Of a stretch of DNA of 64,000 nt, positions 52,987-63,923 are shown piece after piece. The first letter of the stretch is position 1; every line of letters begins with the position of its first letter. The position numbers and the translations under genes were made by a program. The notes beneath the pieces were generated by a model. That model did not search any database, had not been told where the DNA came from, and saw only the letters and a list, made by a program, of their open reading frames with translations. Source of the DNA: Escherichia phage P1; the sequence record AF234173.1; one strand, 5' to 3'.

Positions 52987-53493
52987 TTGAGTATTTTCAA
53001 TAAACACGCACACCCGGAACGTCCGTACATCGTCATAGTAGATATTGATGGGACGATATCAGAGGCAACGGAAGACAGGCTGCATTTACTTCCACCACCT
53101 GGCAAAGGTGCATTAACAGAGCACTGGAACGAGTTTAACCTTGCCTGTGACACCGATACTCCCATCACTCCAGTTATTGATATGGTGCGCCAGTTATTTA
53201 ACGTTTACACGGTCTGGTTTGTAACCGGGCGCTGTGAGATCGCAAGGGATAAAACACGAGCCTGGCTGCGGAAGTACGTAACAAACGGGGCTGAGCCTTT
53301 GCTATCTATGCGTCCTGCCACCGATGACAGAAATGACGGCCCAGCAAAGATTGATCTCCTTAAGAAAATTGGTCTAAGTAAAATCGCGTTCGCGCTGGAA
53401 GATAAGATTGAAGTGGCGCGTGTTTTCAGGAGGCACGGCGTGCTTACGTTAATGGTCAGGGAGTATGAAAATGCGCTTCTTCATCAACAATAA
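52987..53493 (+). CDS. pap: HAD-superfamily phosphatase
   Basis: DxDGT motif (VDIDGTIS) near the N-terminus. Confidence 0.7.
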   Translation: MSIFNKHAHPERPYIVIVDIDGTISEATEDRLHLLPPPGKGALTEHWNEFNLACDTDTPITPVIDMVRQLFNVYTVWFVTGRCEIARDKTRAWLRKYVTNGAEPLLSMRPATDDRNDGPAKIDLLKKIGLSKIAFALEDKIEVARVFRRHGVLTLMVREYENALLHQQ

Positions 53494-53509
53494 TTGCTCT
53501 AATAAATCT
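53493..53509 (+). promoter_or_regulatory. C1 operator-like site
   Basis: ATTGCTCTAATAAATCT, overlapping the pap stop. Confidence 0.65.
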
Positions 53510-53591
53510 TGATTTTTAAAACAGAGAAAGTGAAAATAAAAACATGCCGCAAGGCGCGGCATGTTTCCAATCAATCACAGGAGCTGAAAAT

Positions 53592-53678
53592 ATGAACACG
53601 GCATTCAAAATCATTATGGCCGCGATCTATTTCTGGCTGTTCTCTATCACTTTTGGCGGCATCGTCGCGCATGGGTAA
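53592..53678 (+). CDS. 28-aa hydrophobic peptide
   Basis: MNTAFKIIMAAIYFWLFSITFGGIVAHG with AGGAG 8 nt upstream. Confidence 0.35.
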   Translation: MNTAFKIIMAAIYFWLFSITFGGIVAHG

Positions 53679-53687
53679 GGGGGATGC

Positions 53688-54617
53688 ATGAAAGGCGAAG
53701 TGAAAGAGCGCGGCATGATTTTCAACGATGAGATGGTCCGGGCCATCCTCGAAGGAAGGAAAACGCAGACGCGGCGGATAATGAAAAATCAGCCTGCGGA
53801 AGTTGGTCCAGAAGCACCAGTGATGGTTAGAAAAATTGGTGCAGGTTTTCAGTGGTACGGGGCTGATGGTGTAAGCAGTGTTTTCAATTGCCCATTTGGT
53901 ATCGTCGGCGATCGAATTTGGGTTCGTGAAACATGGGCGATATTAGGCAATGAGGATGGTTGCAGTGTGGACTGGAACGACAACCTTTGTCGTGGCGATG
54001 AGAAGAACGCAGCAAGGATTTATCGGGCCAGTTGCGAGCAAAAACCTGGTGATTACGGCTTATGGTCGATACCCGATGATGCCGACTGGAAACCTCACAC
54101 TGTGAATGAAAAGTTTGATGGTGGGTGGCGTCCATCAATTCACATGCCGCGATGGGCATCACGCATTCTGTTGGAAATTACCAACGTGCGCGTTGAACGG
54201 TTGAACGATATCAGCGAATGCGATGCAAGGGATGAGGGCGTTCCGCCTGCTGGAAGTTTGCTTCCTGATCACCCGGGAACATTCCTTACTCCCAAGGGGG
54301 ATTTCGCAATGGCCAAGGTTGCGTTCCAGCGCCTGTGGGAATCCATCTACGGCGAAGAAAGCTGGAGTGCTAATCCCTGGGTTACGAGGCTGGCAACTAT
54401 CCGGACATTCCGGATAGTTCGGTGCCAGCGAAAGGAAAGGGCGTCCCCGGTGAACGTATCCGAATTAAGCCGCATGTTTATCGCGAACTGGTTAACCGCC
54501 TCCACGATACAGCGGTCAAGTGTGCTGGCACCCAGCAATTACGAGAAAGAATTAGCCGTGTTTTGGGCGACGTTATTACGCCAGATCATCATAAACAAGC
54601 CGAGAAAAGTGACCTAG
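53688..54617 (+). CDS. hypothetical protein, ASCH/PUA-like N-terminus; 3' part overlaps another frame
   Basis: N-terminal MVRAILEGRKTQTRR; after about residue 240 the frame looks non-genic while ORF 54422..54757 looks coding. Confidence 0.45.
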   Translation: MKGEVKERGMIFNDEMVRAILEGRKTQTRRIMKNQPAEVGPEAPVMVRKIGAGFQWYGADGVSSVFNCPFGIVGDRIWVRETWAILGNEDGCSVDWNDNLCRGDEKNAARIYRASCEQKPGDYGLWSIPDDADWKPHTVNEKFDGGWRPSIHMPRWASRILLEITNVRVERLNDISECDARDEGVPPAGSLLPDHPGTFLTPKGDFAMAKVAFQRLWESIYGEESWSANPWVTRLATIRTFRIVRCQRKERASPVNVSELSRMFIANWLTASTIQRSSVLAPSNYEKELAVFWATLLRQIIINKPRKVT

Positions 54618-54757
54618 AAAGGTGTCACCTTGAGGCGGCATTAAACATTAAGCCGGGGCATACGCTTGGCATTATCGATGCTCTGTTGGTTCATAAGATG
54701 GCCATGGCTTTATTGCCGTTGGTGGATGCTGGCGATACAAGCGAGGGTGAAGTATGA
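54422..54757 (+). CDS. hypothetical protein (111 aa), or frameshifted continuation of the preceding gene
   Basis: ORF track; coding-like composition. Confidence 0.35.
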   Translation: MPAKGKGVPGERIRIKPHVYRELVNRLHDTAVKCAGTQQLRERISRVLGDVITPDHHKQAEKSDLERCHLEAALNIKPGHTLGIIDALLVHKMAMALLPLVDAGDTSEGEV

Positions 54758-55116
54758 GAGTTGCAGATCACATCAAACACCTTGAAAGAATTATCGAAAA
54801 CGGTGAACTCTTAAGAGATCAGATGAGACGCACGGCAGAAGTCAGAGAGGCGATAATCCGCAGTCAGGCTGGTAAATTAAAGCAATTGTCAGAGATTAAC
54901 GCGCTATACAAGAACAGACGTAACCGGGCGGCGCTGCGGCTTCAGAAAGCACGTAATGAAATTAAATTGGTGGAGGCAAAACTGAAAAAACAGATTCAGC
55001 GTTACGATCAGCAAGATGCTTTTTATGCCGCCATCAAGGCGGCTGCTAATGAAATAGGCATCTGGAAGTTGCTGGTGGAGAAAGCAAAGACGAAGTTAAA
55101 TGCCAACGAAAGCTGA
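54754..55116 (+). CDS. coiled-coil protein (120 aa)
   Basis: ORF track; charged helical composition. Confidence 0.45.
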   Translation: MRVADHIKHLERIIENGELLRDQMRRTAEVREAIIRSQAGKLKQLSEINALYKNRRNRAALRLQKARNEIKLVEAKLKKQIQRYDQQDAFYAAIKAAANEIGIWKLLVEKAKTKLNANES

Positions 55117-55191
55117 ACTACAGGTACCCACCAGCACATACAGAAAATGATTGTTTCCACATCAAGGAGATTTTAATGTTTCACTGAAACA

Positions 55192-55329
55192 TTAAGTAAG
55201 CCAGTGCATAATTCCATTTTTTACTGACCTTAAAAGCAAAATCAAAACGATGATGAGGATAATAGCCAGAATCTGGCTAATAACAGGCGCATCTAAAAAT
55301 GCACTCAGGAACTGAAAAAAAGCAGTCAT
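55192..55329 (-). CDS. 45-aa hydrophobic small protein
   Basis: Hand-translated MTAFFQFLSAFLDAPVISQILAIILIIVLILLLRSVKNGIMHWLT with AAGGA upstream. Confidence 0.3.
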   Translation of the reverse strand: MTAFFQFLSAFLDAPVISQILAIILIIVLILLLRSVKNGIMHWLT

Positions 55330-55766
55330 TAAGGTGGTTCCTTGTCAAATGTAAAGGAGCACTTGCTCACGTTGACGTAGAAACCCAACCCTTATATAGT
55401 TGGATTCGGTGAAAGAAAGTCGTTAACGTGAGCTTACGGCACATGTTTTCGGAACAACATCAGGGAACGGCTAATTCCTTGATGCGGGTGGGGTCTGTAA
55501 TGCAGACCCTATCTATTAACGTCATGATTGCATCTCAAATTTTCTCCTTATCTTCATTAATCAAAATTCATTTCATTTGTGAAACATCACAATATTTAGA
55601 AAATGGCCCTCTTGCAAGTGCATAACTTTGTGGATAAATCAGGAAGAAAAAAGTTGATTCTGCGCACGGCAAGGCAGATAAGCTGTGCACAAAAATCAAT
55701 GGGAGAAGAAAAAAAATTAAAAGTTACTTTGCTGGTTAAATAATAGTCGTTACTCAATTATTCTGG

Positions 55767-56030
55767 ATGGGATTTGATATGTACGATTGGAATATTGCAG
55801 CTAAAAGTCAGGAAGAACGGGATAAGGTTAACGTTGATCTGGCTGCCAGCGGTGTGGCGTACAAAGAGCGATTGAACATACCTGTCATAGCTGAACAGGT
55901 AGCCCGCGAGCAACCAGAGAATCTGCGCACCTATTTCATGGAACGGCTACGGCACTACCGGCAGTTAAGCCTCCAGTTGCCAAAAGGGAGCGATCCGGCA
56001 TATCAGAAAGATGATGCCGTAAAGAAATAG
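55767..56030 (+). CDS. hot: homologue of DNA polymerase III theta subunit
   Basis: [43 protein letters not shown] aligns with E. coli HolE. Confidence 0.85.
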   Translation: MGFDMYDWNIAAKSQEERDKVNVDLAASGVAYKERLNIPVIAEQVAREQPENLRTYFMERLRHYRQLSLQLPKGSDPAYQKDDAVKK

Positions 56031-56036
56031 CGGTAG

Positions 56037-56609
56037 TTAACCGTTTTGAACTTCTCGTATCCTGGCAATGACAGCTTCATGCTGGGCTTGGATAGCGGCT
56101 TTTTCGTTTTCAAGTCGGGCAATAGACATCTCTAATTCTTTGCTGTACCAGGCGAGTTGGGCCAGGTTCATCCGGTTGTGGTCGAGAGTTGGAGACACTT
56201 CGACGCGCTCCCTTTCTTCCTGCTTTAATGAGAAGAGATTCATCTCATCCCTTGAGGAAAATTCAGCAACAATTTCTTGTTGATGATCCGGTCGCTGCGG
56301 CATCCTCGCCAGTATAAATGGCGGTTCTTTTGAAAACATGAATGTCGGCTGTGACCGTGTTTTCACCCATCTAGCCTGCTGTCTTTCGGCAAGTTCACAG
56401 GCTTCATCATAGTTATTTGCCAAACCAAGCACGGATGGACGGTCCCACGCGCCACCATTCAGACAATAAACAACAATTTTCCCGTCATGTTCTGTAACCC
56501 CATAGGGATGGTCCCACCAGGCGTCCAGCTGAGCTTTAGAGCGTTTCTCGTTAGGAGTGCAGTCAAAATTTTTGGGCAATACAGGATCGAGAGGAATGCG
56601 ATTAGGCAT
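56037..56609 (-). CDS. hypothetical protein (190 aa)
   Basis: ORF track; divergent from humD. Confidence 0.45.
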   Translation of the reverse strand: MPNRIPLDPVLPKNFDCTPNEKRSKAQLDAWWDHPYGVTEHDGKIVVYCLNGGAWDRPSVLGLANNYDEACELAERQQARWVKTRSQPTFMFSKEPPFILARMPQRPDHQQEIVAEFSSRDEMNLFSLKQEERERVEVSPTLDHNRMNLAQLAWYSKELEMSIARLENEKAAIQAQHEAVIARIREVQNG

Positions 56610-56744
56610 AGCTAATTCCTTATTAACTGATTGGCAACGAGGTTACGCTGATCCGTTGGTGATGAATAGTAGCAAAGCGCACAAAATCATCAGCGGTTGT
56701 TGATGTACGTAACGCGTTTGCACCAAAGGTGTCTCTTTAATGTG

Positions 56745-56764
56745 TACTGTATAAATGAACAGTA
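56745..56764. promoter_or_regulatory. LexA box (SOS operator)
   Basis: TACTGTATAAATGAACAGTA matches CTGT-N8-ACAG, 20 bp upstream of humD. Confidence 0.85.
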
Positions 56765-56783
56765 TTATTGAGGTGAAAACGCT

Positions 56784-57173
56784 ATGGGCTTCCCTTCTCC
56801 TGCGGCGGATTATGTTGAAAGCCGAATTTCTCTTGATCAGCAACTAATCAGGCATCCATCAGCAACCTACTTCATGCGGGCAGCTGATAGCCATCACCGT
56901 GAGGGAATATTGCAGGGTGCTTTGCTGGTGGTTGATTCCTCGCTTACTCCGGTTGATGGTTCTCTGCTTGTGTGCGCTATGGAGGGTGAATATCGCATAA
57001 AGAGATACCGAAAGTATCCGCGCCAGCACCTGGAGGATTTAAGCACCGGGAAGAAAGAGGCGTTACCAGTAGATGACGATGGTTACACGTGTAGTAATGC
57101 TGTTTTTGGTGTGATCACTCATGTCATCAATGATGCCCGGAGTGGAGAGTTTGATGATTGTCCGGTCATTTAA
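56784..57173 (+). CDS. humD: UmuD'-like protein
   Basis: 129 aa aligning with the C-terminal (post-cleavage) part of UmuD. Confidence 0.8.
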   Translation: MGFPSPAADYVESRISLDQQLIRHPSATYFMRAADSHHREGILQGALLVVDSSLTPVDGSLLVCAMEGEYRIKRYRKYPRQHLEDLSTGKKEALPVDDDGYTCSNAVFGVITHVINDARSGEFDDCPVI

Positions 57174-57239
57174 GCTGCAAAGTGCTGGTGCTTTATGCCT
57201 GTGAAGTTTATAATTGTGTACACATAACGAGTACACGAG

Positions 57240-57467
57240 GTGTTTATGCAATCCATTAACTTCCGTACCGCGCGCGGCAACCTTTCTGAAGTGCTCAACA
57301 ATGTTGAAGCCGGGGAAGAGGTTGAAATCACCCGCAGAGGCCGTGAGCCAGCAGTAATTGTCAGCAAGGCTACTTTCGAAGCCTACAAAAAAGCGGCGCT
57401 GGATGCTGAATTTGCATCCCTGTTTGACACCCTGGACTCCACCAACAAGGAACTGGTTAACCGATAA
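57240..57467 (+). CDS. phd: antitoxin Phd
   Basis: [73 protein letters not shown]. Confidence 0.95.
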
Positions 57468-57847
57468 TGAGGCATATATCACCGGAAGAACTTATTGCGC
57501 TTCATGATGCGAATATAAGCCGCTACGGCGGCCTGCCGGGAATGTCTGATCCGGGTAGGGCAGAGGCCATTATCGGGAGAGTTCAGGCCAGAGTTGCCTA
57601 CGAAGAGATCACCGACCTTTTCGAAGTCTCCGCCACCTACCTGGTGGCTACAGCGAGAGGGCATATATTCAATGATGCCAATAAGCGTACCGCGCTAAAC
57701 AGTGCGCTGCTATTTCTACGCCGTAACGGGGTGCAGGTATTTGATTCACCTGAACTGGCAGACCTTACTGTAGGAGCTGCGACTGGCGAGATATCTGTAT
57801 CTTCTGTCGCCGACACGTTACGTAGATTGTATGGTTCTGCGGAGTAG
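57467..57847 (+). CDS. doc: toxin Doc (Fic-fold kinase)
   Basis: 126 aa with [11 protein letters not shown] Fic-like motif; ATG overlaps the phd stop. Confidence 0.95.
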
Positions 57848-58031
57848 ATTAATGGCACGCAAATACAACAAATTGTCCCGTGAAGCGTTAAAGATGCTTC
57901 TTGATGGCGTGAGTCGCCGCAAGGTAAAGCAATACCTGGTTGGTAAGCAAATTGGTGCCAGGACCGCTATTGCTGTGTTATGCCGTCAGGAAATGGTTGT
58001 GCTTAAACAGAGAATGCCGGGCAGCAGATAA
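57831..58031 (+). CDS. small basic protein downstream of doc (66 aa)
   Basis: ORF track. Confidence 0.4.
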
Positions 58032-58058
58032 AGCCCAATCAGTGATTAAAGGTGTGAT

Positions 58059-59102
58059 GTGAAAGCCATAATTACTCCCTTTGTACAGAAAGAGCTTGGC
58101 CTCGCCACGTTCAAAGTGGATCAGGAGGTCAGAAAGCTGGTGGAGGCTGGCCGTAAATTTATTATGGAGCCGGTGCCGCGTGAGTTAATCGAGCACATGG
58201 AAGACGGCCTCGTTGTTACCGAGCAAACCATGGCAACAAATGAGGCATTGCAGCCGTTTTTTAACAGCGATGAACTGTTTCGCCGTATTGGTGGAATTGA
58301 CGCGCTGGTGGCGTGGTTGCGTAGGAAAGAGGGTCAATGCCAGGCCGCAGATCGTAGTTGGTGTGACAACCATATTGTCCACGCTGAACGAGACAATAGC
58401 GCGGTGTTGTTGTGCTGGCATCACGATAACCATTACCGGATGCGTGGTTTTAATGAGCTGAAAGAAACGCTGCACAATAATCGCGTTAACTGGATACTGG
58501 ATGTCGCCCGTCAGGAAATGGGCCTTTCAAATAGCCATGATTTAAGTATTCAGGAGCTGTGCTGGTGGGCTTTCATGCGCAACATGATGCACCTGATGCC
58601 GGAAGAAGTCTGCCGCATATCAATAAATAAGATGAAGGCTACTCCGCAGGATAGCGGACCTCTGAAAGAGGCGGATATTCGCCCGTATGACGATCGCGCT
58701 ACAGCATATGTTCAGATGATGGAAGAACGCTCCGCGCCGATGCGTGCAAAAGTATGCCCTGTGGATGTTGACTCCGACCCAGGTATGGCGCATTTCAAAA
58801 TACCAAAACTTCAATCGCTAAAATTACCTGAGTACATGGACTTTGTTGCTTCCCGTCCATGCTGTGGGTGTGGAGCTGCGGGAGCTGGCGCTCACATTAC
58901 GCCTTATATCGTTCGTCATAGTCGATTATGCGCGCATGACATTTACGCAATTCCTCTGTGCCAGTCATGCCAGCGTGATATTGAGCGTGACCGCTATAAT
59001 TGGGAGAAGACGCACGGTAGGTTGGCGATGCATCAACGATTGTTCTTTGATTACGCGCTTGGAGTGGGCGTTATCACAAGTCATTCGTCGAGTGTTAGAT
59101 AA
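58059..59102 (+). CDS. hypothetical protein with Cys/His-rich C-terminal region (347 aa)
   Basis: ORF track; ...[13 protein letters not shown]...CQSCQ... Confidence 0.5.
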   Translation: MKAIITPFVQKELGLATFKVDQEVRKLVEAGRKFIMEPVPRELIEHMEDGLVVTEQTMATNEALQPFFNSDELFRRIGGIDALVAWLRRKEGQCQAADRSWCDNHIVHAERDNSAVLLCWHHDNHYRMRGFNELKETLHNNRVNWILDVARQEMGLSNSHDLSIQELCWWAFMRNMMHLMPEEVCRISINKMKATPQDSGPLKEADIRPYDDRATAYVQMMEERSAPMRAKVCPVDVDSDPGMAHFKIPKLQSLKLPEYMDFVASRPCCGCGAAGAGAHITPYIVRHSRLCAHDIYAIPLCQSCQRDIERDRYNWEKTHGRLAMHQRLFFDYALGVGVITSHSSSVR

Positions 59103-59103
59103 A

Positions 59104-59120
59104 ATTGCTCTAATGTATTG
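59104..59120 (+). promoter_or_regulatory. degenerate C1 operator-like site upstream of lpa
   Basis: ATTGCTCTAATGTATTG. Confidence 0.4.
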
Positions 59121-59190
59121 CTATTTCTTTAATCGAGGGTATTATATTCCACGTTGATTAGTTGACATGGGCTAATCAGTAGGTGACAGG

Positions 59191-59643
59191 ATGTTACTTA
59201 ACTGGCAGGGACGCCACTTCATGGAAATAAATCACTCACGAATAACATCGTACGAGATTGCGGATTACATGATCCGCACTAAATCTCTTCTATCAGCGAA
59301 AGAACTCGCAGCAATTCTTGAAAAGGAATACCCGCATCTGGATGTCGATAAGCGCGATGTTTATCTGCGCTTAAAGGCTATCGCTGTGTCTAAGTATTCG
59401 TCTGTTTTGATAGATGACAGTACACGCCCACGTAGATTTCAGATCCACTCTCTGAATCCTGAATTCTTTCGCCGTAGCCGCGCTCCGCGCCGGTTTGATG
59501 AAAAACTCCAGAACGAACTCTATATGACGCAGGACGAAAAGGAACGCCGGGAGCACCAGCCTTGGGTAATGGCGCGTCAACTTTTCAATAAGGTGGCCCG
59601 TCAGCACCGTCATTACGGTAATGCCACATCCGCACGTATCTGA
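59191..59643 (+). CDS. lpa: late promoter activator
   Basis: 150-aa basic protein between an operator-like site and pacA. Confidence 0.6.
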   Translation: MLLNWQGRHFMEINHSRITSYEIADYMIRTKSLLSAKELAAILEKEYPHLDVDKRDVYLRLKAIAVSKYSSVLIDDSTRPRRFQIHSLNPEFFRRSRAPRRFDEKLQNELYMTQDEKERREHQPWVMARQLFNKVARQHRHYGNATSARI

Positions 59644-59728
59644 TTGATTGCTTGCCCGTTCCGGGCCTTTTGACATGTGACTTTCGTTACCCTCGCGTCA
59701 AAAAGAGTTTTTACGAAAGGAAGCATAA

Positions 59729-60922
59729 GTGACCTGGGACGATCACAAGAAGAATTTTGCTCGCCTGGCGCGAGATGGTGGTTACACCATCGCACAGTAT
59801 GCCGCCGAGTTTAATCTTAACCCTAATACCGCACGTCGTTATCTCCGTGCCTTCAAAGAAGACACCAGGACTACGGACAGCCGCAAGCCAAATAAGCCAG
59901 TCAGGAAGCCACTAAAAAGCATGATCATTGATCACTCTAATGATCAACATGCAGGTGATCACATTGCGGCTGAAATAGCGGAAAAACAAAGAGTTAATGC
60001 CGTTGTCAGTGCCGCAGTCGAGAATGCGAAGCGCCAAAATAAGCGCATAAATGATCGTTCAGATGATCATGACGTGATCACCCGCGCCCACCGGACCTTA
60101 CGTGATCGCCTGGAACGCGACACCCTGGATGATGATGGTGAACGCTTTGAATTCGAAGTTGGCGATTACCTGATAGATAACGTTGAAGCGCGGAAGGCCG
60201 CGCGCGCTATGTTGCGTCGGTCCGGGGCCGATGTTCTGGAAACCACTCTTCTGGAAAAGTCTCTTTCTCATCTCCTTATGCTGGAGAACGCCAGGGATAC
60301 GTGTATTCGCCTGGTGCAGGAAATGCGCGATCAGCAAAAAGACGATGATGAAGGTACTCCGCCTGAATACCGTATCGCGAGCATGCTAAACAGCTGTTCC
60401 GCGCAGATAAGCAGCCTGATCAACACCATTTACAGCATCCGGAATAACTATCGAAAAGAAAGCCGGGAGGCGGAAAAGCACGCTTTATCTATGGGGCAAG
60501 CTGGCATTGTTAAGCTGGCATACGAACGAAAGCGTGAAAATAACTGGTCAGTGCTGGAAGCGGCTGAATTCATCGAGGCGCATGGAGGAAAAGTGCCGCC
60601 CCTGATGCTGGAGCAAATCAAAGCCGATCTGCGTGCTCCTAAGACCAATACCGATGATGAGGAAAACCAAACAGCATCTGGCGCTCCATCACTTGAAGAT
60701 CTGGATAAAATCGCGCGAGAACGGGCCGCCAGCCGCCGCGCTGATGCCGCATTGTGGATTGAGCATCGTAGAGAAGAAATTGCCGATATCGTCGATACAG
60801 GTGGTTATGGTGATGTCGATGCGGAAGGCATATCAAACGAAGCATGGCTTGAACAGGATCTGGACGAAGACGAGGAGGAAGACGAAGAAGTTACCCGCAA
60901 ACTGTACGGGGATGATGATTAA
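59729..60922 (+). CDS. pacA: terminase small subunit PacA
   Basis: 397 aa; the pac site lies inside its 5' part; acidic C-terminus; GTG start. Confidence 0.85.
59920..60082. promoter_or_regulatory. pac packaging site (7 TGATCA/G hexamers in two clusters)
   Basis: Four hexamers at 59922-59961 and three at 60051-60080, each containing a GATC Dam site. Confidence 0.9.
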
Positions 60923-62406
60923 TGGCCAGAAGTTGCGTAACGGACCCACGTTGGCGCGAGCTTGTGGCGCTATATCGTTATGACTGGATTGCGGCCGCTG
61001 ATGTGTTGTTTGGGAAGACACCAACCTGGCAGCAGGATGAGATCATTGAGTCCACGCAGCAGGACGGCAGTTGGACAAGTGTGACCTCCGGCCATGGTAC
61101 TGGTAAATCGGATATGACGAGTATCATTGCAATACTCTTCATCATGTTTTTCCCCGGCGCTCGCGTCATTCTGGTCGCTAACAAAAGACAGCAAGTCCTT
61201 GATGGTATTTTCAAATACATAAAGAGCAATTGGGCTACTGCTGTTAGCAGATTCCCGTGGTTGTCGAAGTATTTCATTCTTACAGAAACGTCTTTTTTTG
61301 AGGTGACTGGCAAGGGTGTTTGGACAATATTGATAAAGTCCTGTCGTCCCGGAAATGAGGAGGCGTTGGCTGGTGAACACGCCGATCATCTCTTGTATAT
61401 CATCGACGAAGCGTCGGGTGTGAGTGATAAAGCATTCAGTGTGATAACAGGTGCGCTGACCGGTAAGGATAACCGTATTCTGCTTCTTTCCCAGCCTACG
61501 CGACCTTCAGGCTATTTCTACGATTCACACCACAGACTAGCTATTCGCCCGGGAAATCCTGATGGATTGTTTACTGCGATAATACTGAATAGTGAAGAAT
61601 CTCCGCTTGTAGATGCAAAATTTATACGAGCAAAACTTGCGGAGTATGGCGGTCGTGATAACCCCATGTACATGATCAAAGTACGTGGTGAATTTCCCAA
61701 ATCTCAAGATGGCTTTCTTCTTGGTCGTGATGAGGTTGAGCGGGCGACGCGGCGAAAGGTCAAGATTGCCAAAGGATGGGGCTGGGTTGCATGTGTTGAC
61801 GTTGCTGGTGGCACAGGACGAGATAAGTCCGTTATTAATATCATGATGGTGTCCGGCCAGCGAAATAAACGCCGTGTAATCAACTATCGTATGCTGGAAT
61901 ACACAGACGTTACAGAAACGCAGTTAGCCGCCAAGATTTTCGCAGAATGTAACCCAGAACGGTTCCCGAACATAACCATAGCTATTGATGGCGATGGCTT
62001 GGGGAAATCGACGGCTGATCTAATGTACGAACGCTATGGCATTACCGTCCAGCGTATCCGCTGGGGTAAAAAGATGCACAGCCGTGAAGATAAAAGCCTT
62101 TATTTCGATATGCGCGCTTTCGCGAATATTCAGGCGGCAGAAGCTGTAAAATCAGGGCGTATGAGGCTTGATAAGGGGGCTGCGACTATAGAGGAAGCAT
62201 CAAAGATACCGGTAGGGATAAATTCCGCAGGTCAATGGAAGGTGATGTCAAAGGAAGATATGAAGAAAAAACTCAACCTGCACTCACCGGACCATTGGGA
62301 TACATATTGTTTCGCTATGTTGGCGAACTATGTTCCCCAAGATGAAGTGCTTAGCGTCGAAGACGAAGCGCAGGTTGATGAAGCTCTGGCATGGCTTAAT
62401 GAATAA
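60922..62406 (+). CDS. pacB: terminase large subunit PacB
   Basis: 494 aa; ATPase and nuclease regions; ATG overlaps the pacA stop. Confidence 0.85.
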
Positions 62407-62430
62407 CTCATTAACCATGCCGGATGGAAA

Positions 62431-63282
62431 CTATTGCGCGCTTTCGGGGTTGTCGTTTACTGGCTGCCCCTTCTTAGTTTTGCGGCTGCGCGTAACTGAT
62501 GCGGCTGATTTGACCTTTTTCTCTTCGCGAGTGATGGCAATTTGTTTTTTTACATTTTCAATATCTGCCAGGCGATATATTTTTGCCTGCGGCCAGCGGT
62601 CGCAGATGATCGGTTCTATAGAGTCATAAAGGCTAAATTTTGCTTTCTCAAATTCACCGTTGATGATGATTCCATCTCGGAGAGTTTCATCGCAGATAAA
62701 CACGCAACATAGCGGCACATGGTAACTAACTGATTTGCCATCATTGTAGTTAGGGCTACTGGAAATGTAATGGACGCGCAGCATTGTTTCGCTAAAGCCG
62801 TGTACGCGCATACGGAATTTTTCATCCTCCGGGTACTGCTTCATTAGCTCTTTTGTTGCTTCCAGGTTCTCTATGTATTTCGCACTGTGCTCATTGATCC
62901 CCGCGCTTTTTTGGATGCGAATGTCCTTATCAATCAGATGAATAATGCGGCCAGCGGTCATATTGACGCTGTTCACTGCTTCTGTCTGATAAGTCGTAAC
63001 CTTACGCACACCGCGAAGGATGTTAGGTACAGGATATAAAATAGTCTTTGGGATATTGAGATCTGGGTACTGCTCCAGTTCCCGCGCCATTAATGTCCAT
63101 TTATCAATTTCAGCCTGAATGCTGTCCGTTTCTTTGAACGGCAGAACGACAACCGGGCGAACAGGACGACCGTCGCTGGCGGCATCAACGTGTTGGGCGC
63201 GTGCAACAGCTTTTTTTAGAAAGAGATCCCTGAAGCTGACGAACTCCTGGTACAGTTGTTCGCCGTAGACATAATTTATCAT
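62431..63282 (-). CDS. c1: primary immunity repressor C1
   Basis: 283 aa beginning MINYVYGEQLYQEF; coi and an operator cluster lie upstream. Confidence 0.85.
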   Translation of the reverse strand: MINYVYGEQLYQEFVSFRDLFLKKAVARAQHVDAASDGRPVRPVVVLPFKETDSIQAEIDKWTLMARELEQYPDLNIPKTILYPVPNILRGVRKVTTYQTEAVNSVNMTAGRIIHLIDKDIRIQKSAGINEHSAKYIENLEATKELMKQYPEDEKFRMRVHGFSETMLRVHYISSSPNYNDGKSVSYHVPLCCVFICDETLRDGIIINGEFEKAKFSLYDSIEPIICDRWPQAKIYRLADIENVKKQIAITREEKKVKSAASVTRSRKTKKGQPVNDNPESAQ

Positions 63283-63377
63283 TGATCCTCCTCCAGAATT
63301 GACATGGCCAACAACTCACAGCGGATTACACTGGGAGTTGTTGGCCACCATTATAGAAGGATCCAACGAAAATAATA

Positions 63378-63394
63378 GATTTATTAGTGCATTT
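63378..63394 (-). promoter_or_regulatory. C1 operator-like site between coi and c1
   Basis: AGATTTATTAGTGCATT. Confidence 0.55.
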
Positions 63395-63602
63395 ATTGTG
63401 AGTCTGGCTGGTTAGTGGCCATGAGATATTCGATTGTGTCAGTGAGATCATCCAGGTCGTCTTGGGTGATGCGGTACTCCTGATTGGATATCTTTGAGTA
63501 GTGTTCAGCAATGGCGCGGGCAGCGTCGGTTTCGGCGGGGTCTACAGATAAAGCGTTAGAGCAATGTCTAACGTCGTCGATGGTTGGTGGAATGAAAGCC
63601 AT
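63393..63602 (-). CDS. coi: C1 inactivator Coi
   Basis: 69-aa acidic protein immediately upstream of c1. Confidence 0.75.
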   Translation of the reverse strand: MAFIPPTIDDVRHCSNALSVDPAETDAARAIAEHYSKISNQEYRITQDDLDDLTDTIEYLMATNQPDSQ

Positions 63603-63840
63603 AATTATGCCTCACTGTATTGACAACACAGAGCCTGAAGCTCTGACCTACTGTTTCACCCATGATCCATGCTGGGGTAATCTAACAACATTGCGCTGTG
63701 TGTAAGATGAGCAATGTATAGCTGTAATGCCGTTGTATAAGGTTTCCCTGTTTGCTCATTTCCTTCTGAGCCGCTCTACAACGCTGAAGACACATTAAAT
63801 AGTGAATCCAAAGTCGTATTACGAAACGGCGGCAAAACTA

Positions 63841-63857
63841 TAATTTATTAGAGCAAT
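63841..63857 (-). promoter_or_regulatory. C1 operator (Op99 cluster)
   Basis: TAATTTATTAGAGCAAT, 16/17. Confidence 0.75.
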
Positions 63858-63923
63858 TGTCAAACAACTATGAAAAACAATCCAGTTTTTGGCTGGTGGA
63901 GTGGGATTTTTCTCTCAAAATTT

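Noticed and set aside
55428-55625. 65-aa plus-strand ORF upstream of hot
   Set aside because: No RBS, low-complexity AT-rich sequence; the island is more plausibly regulatory.
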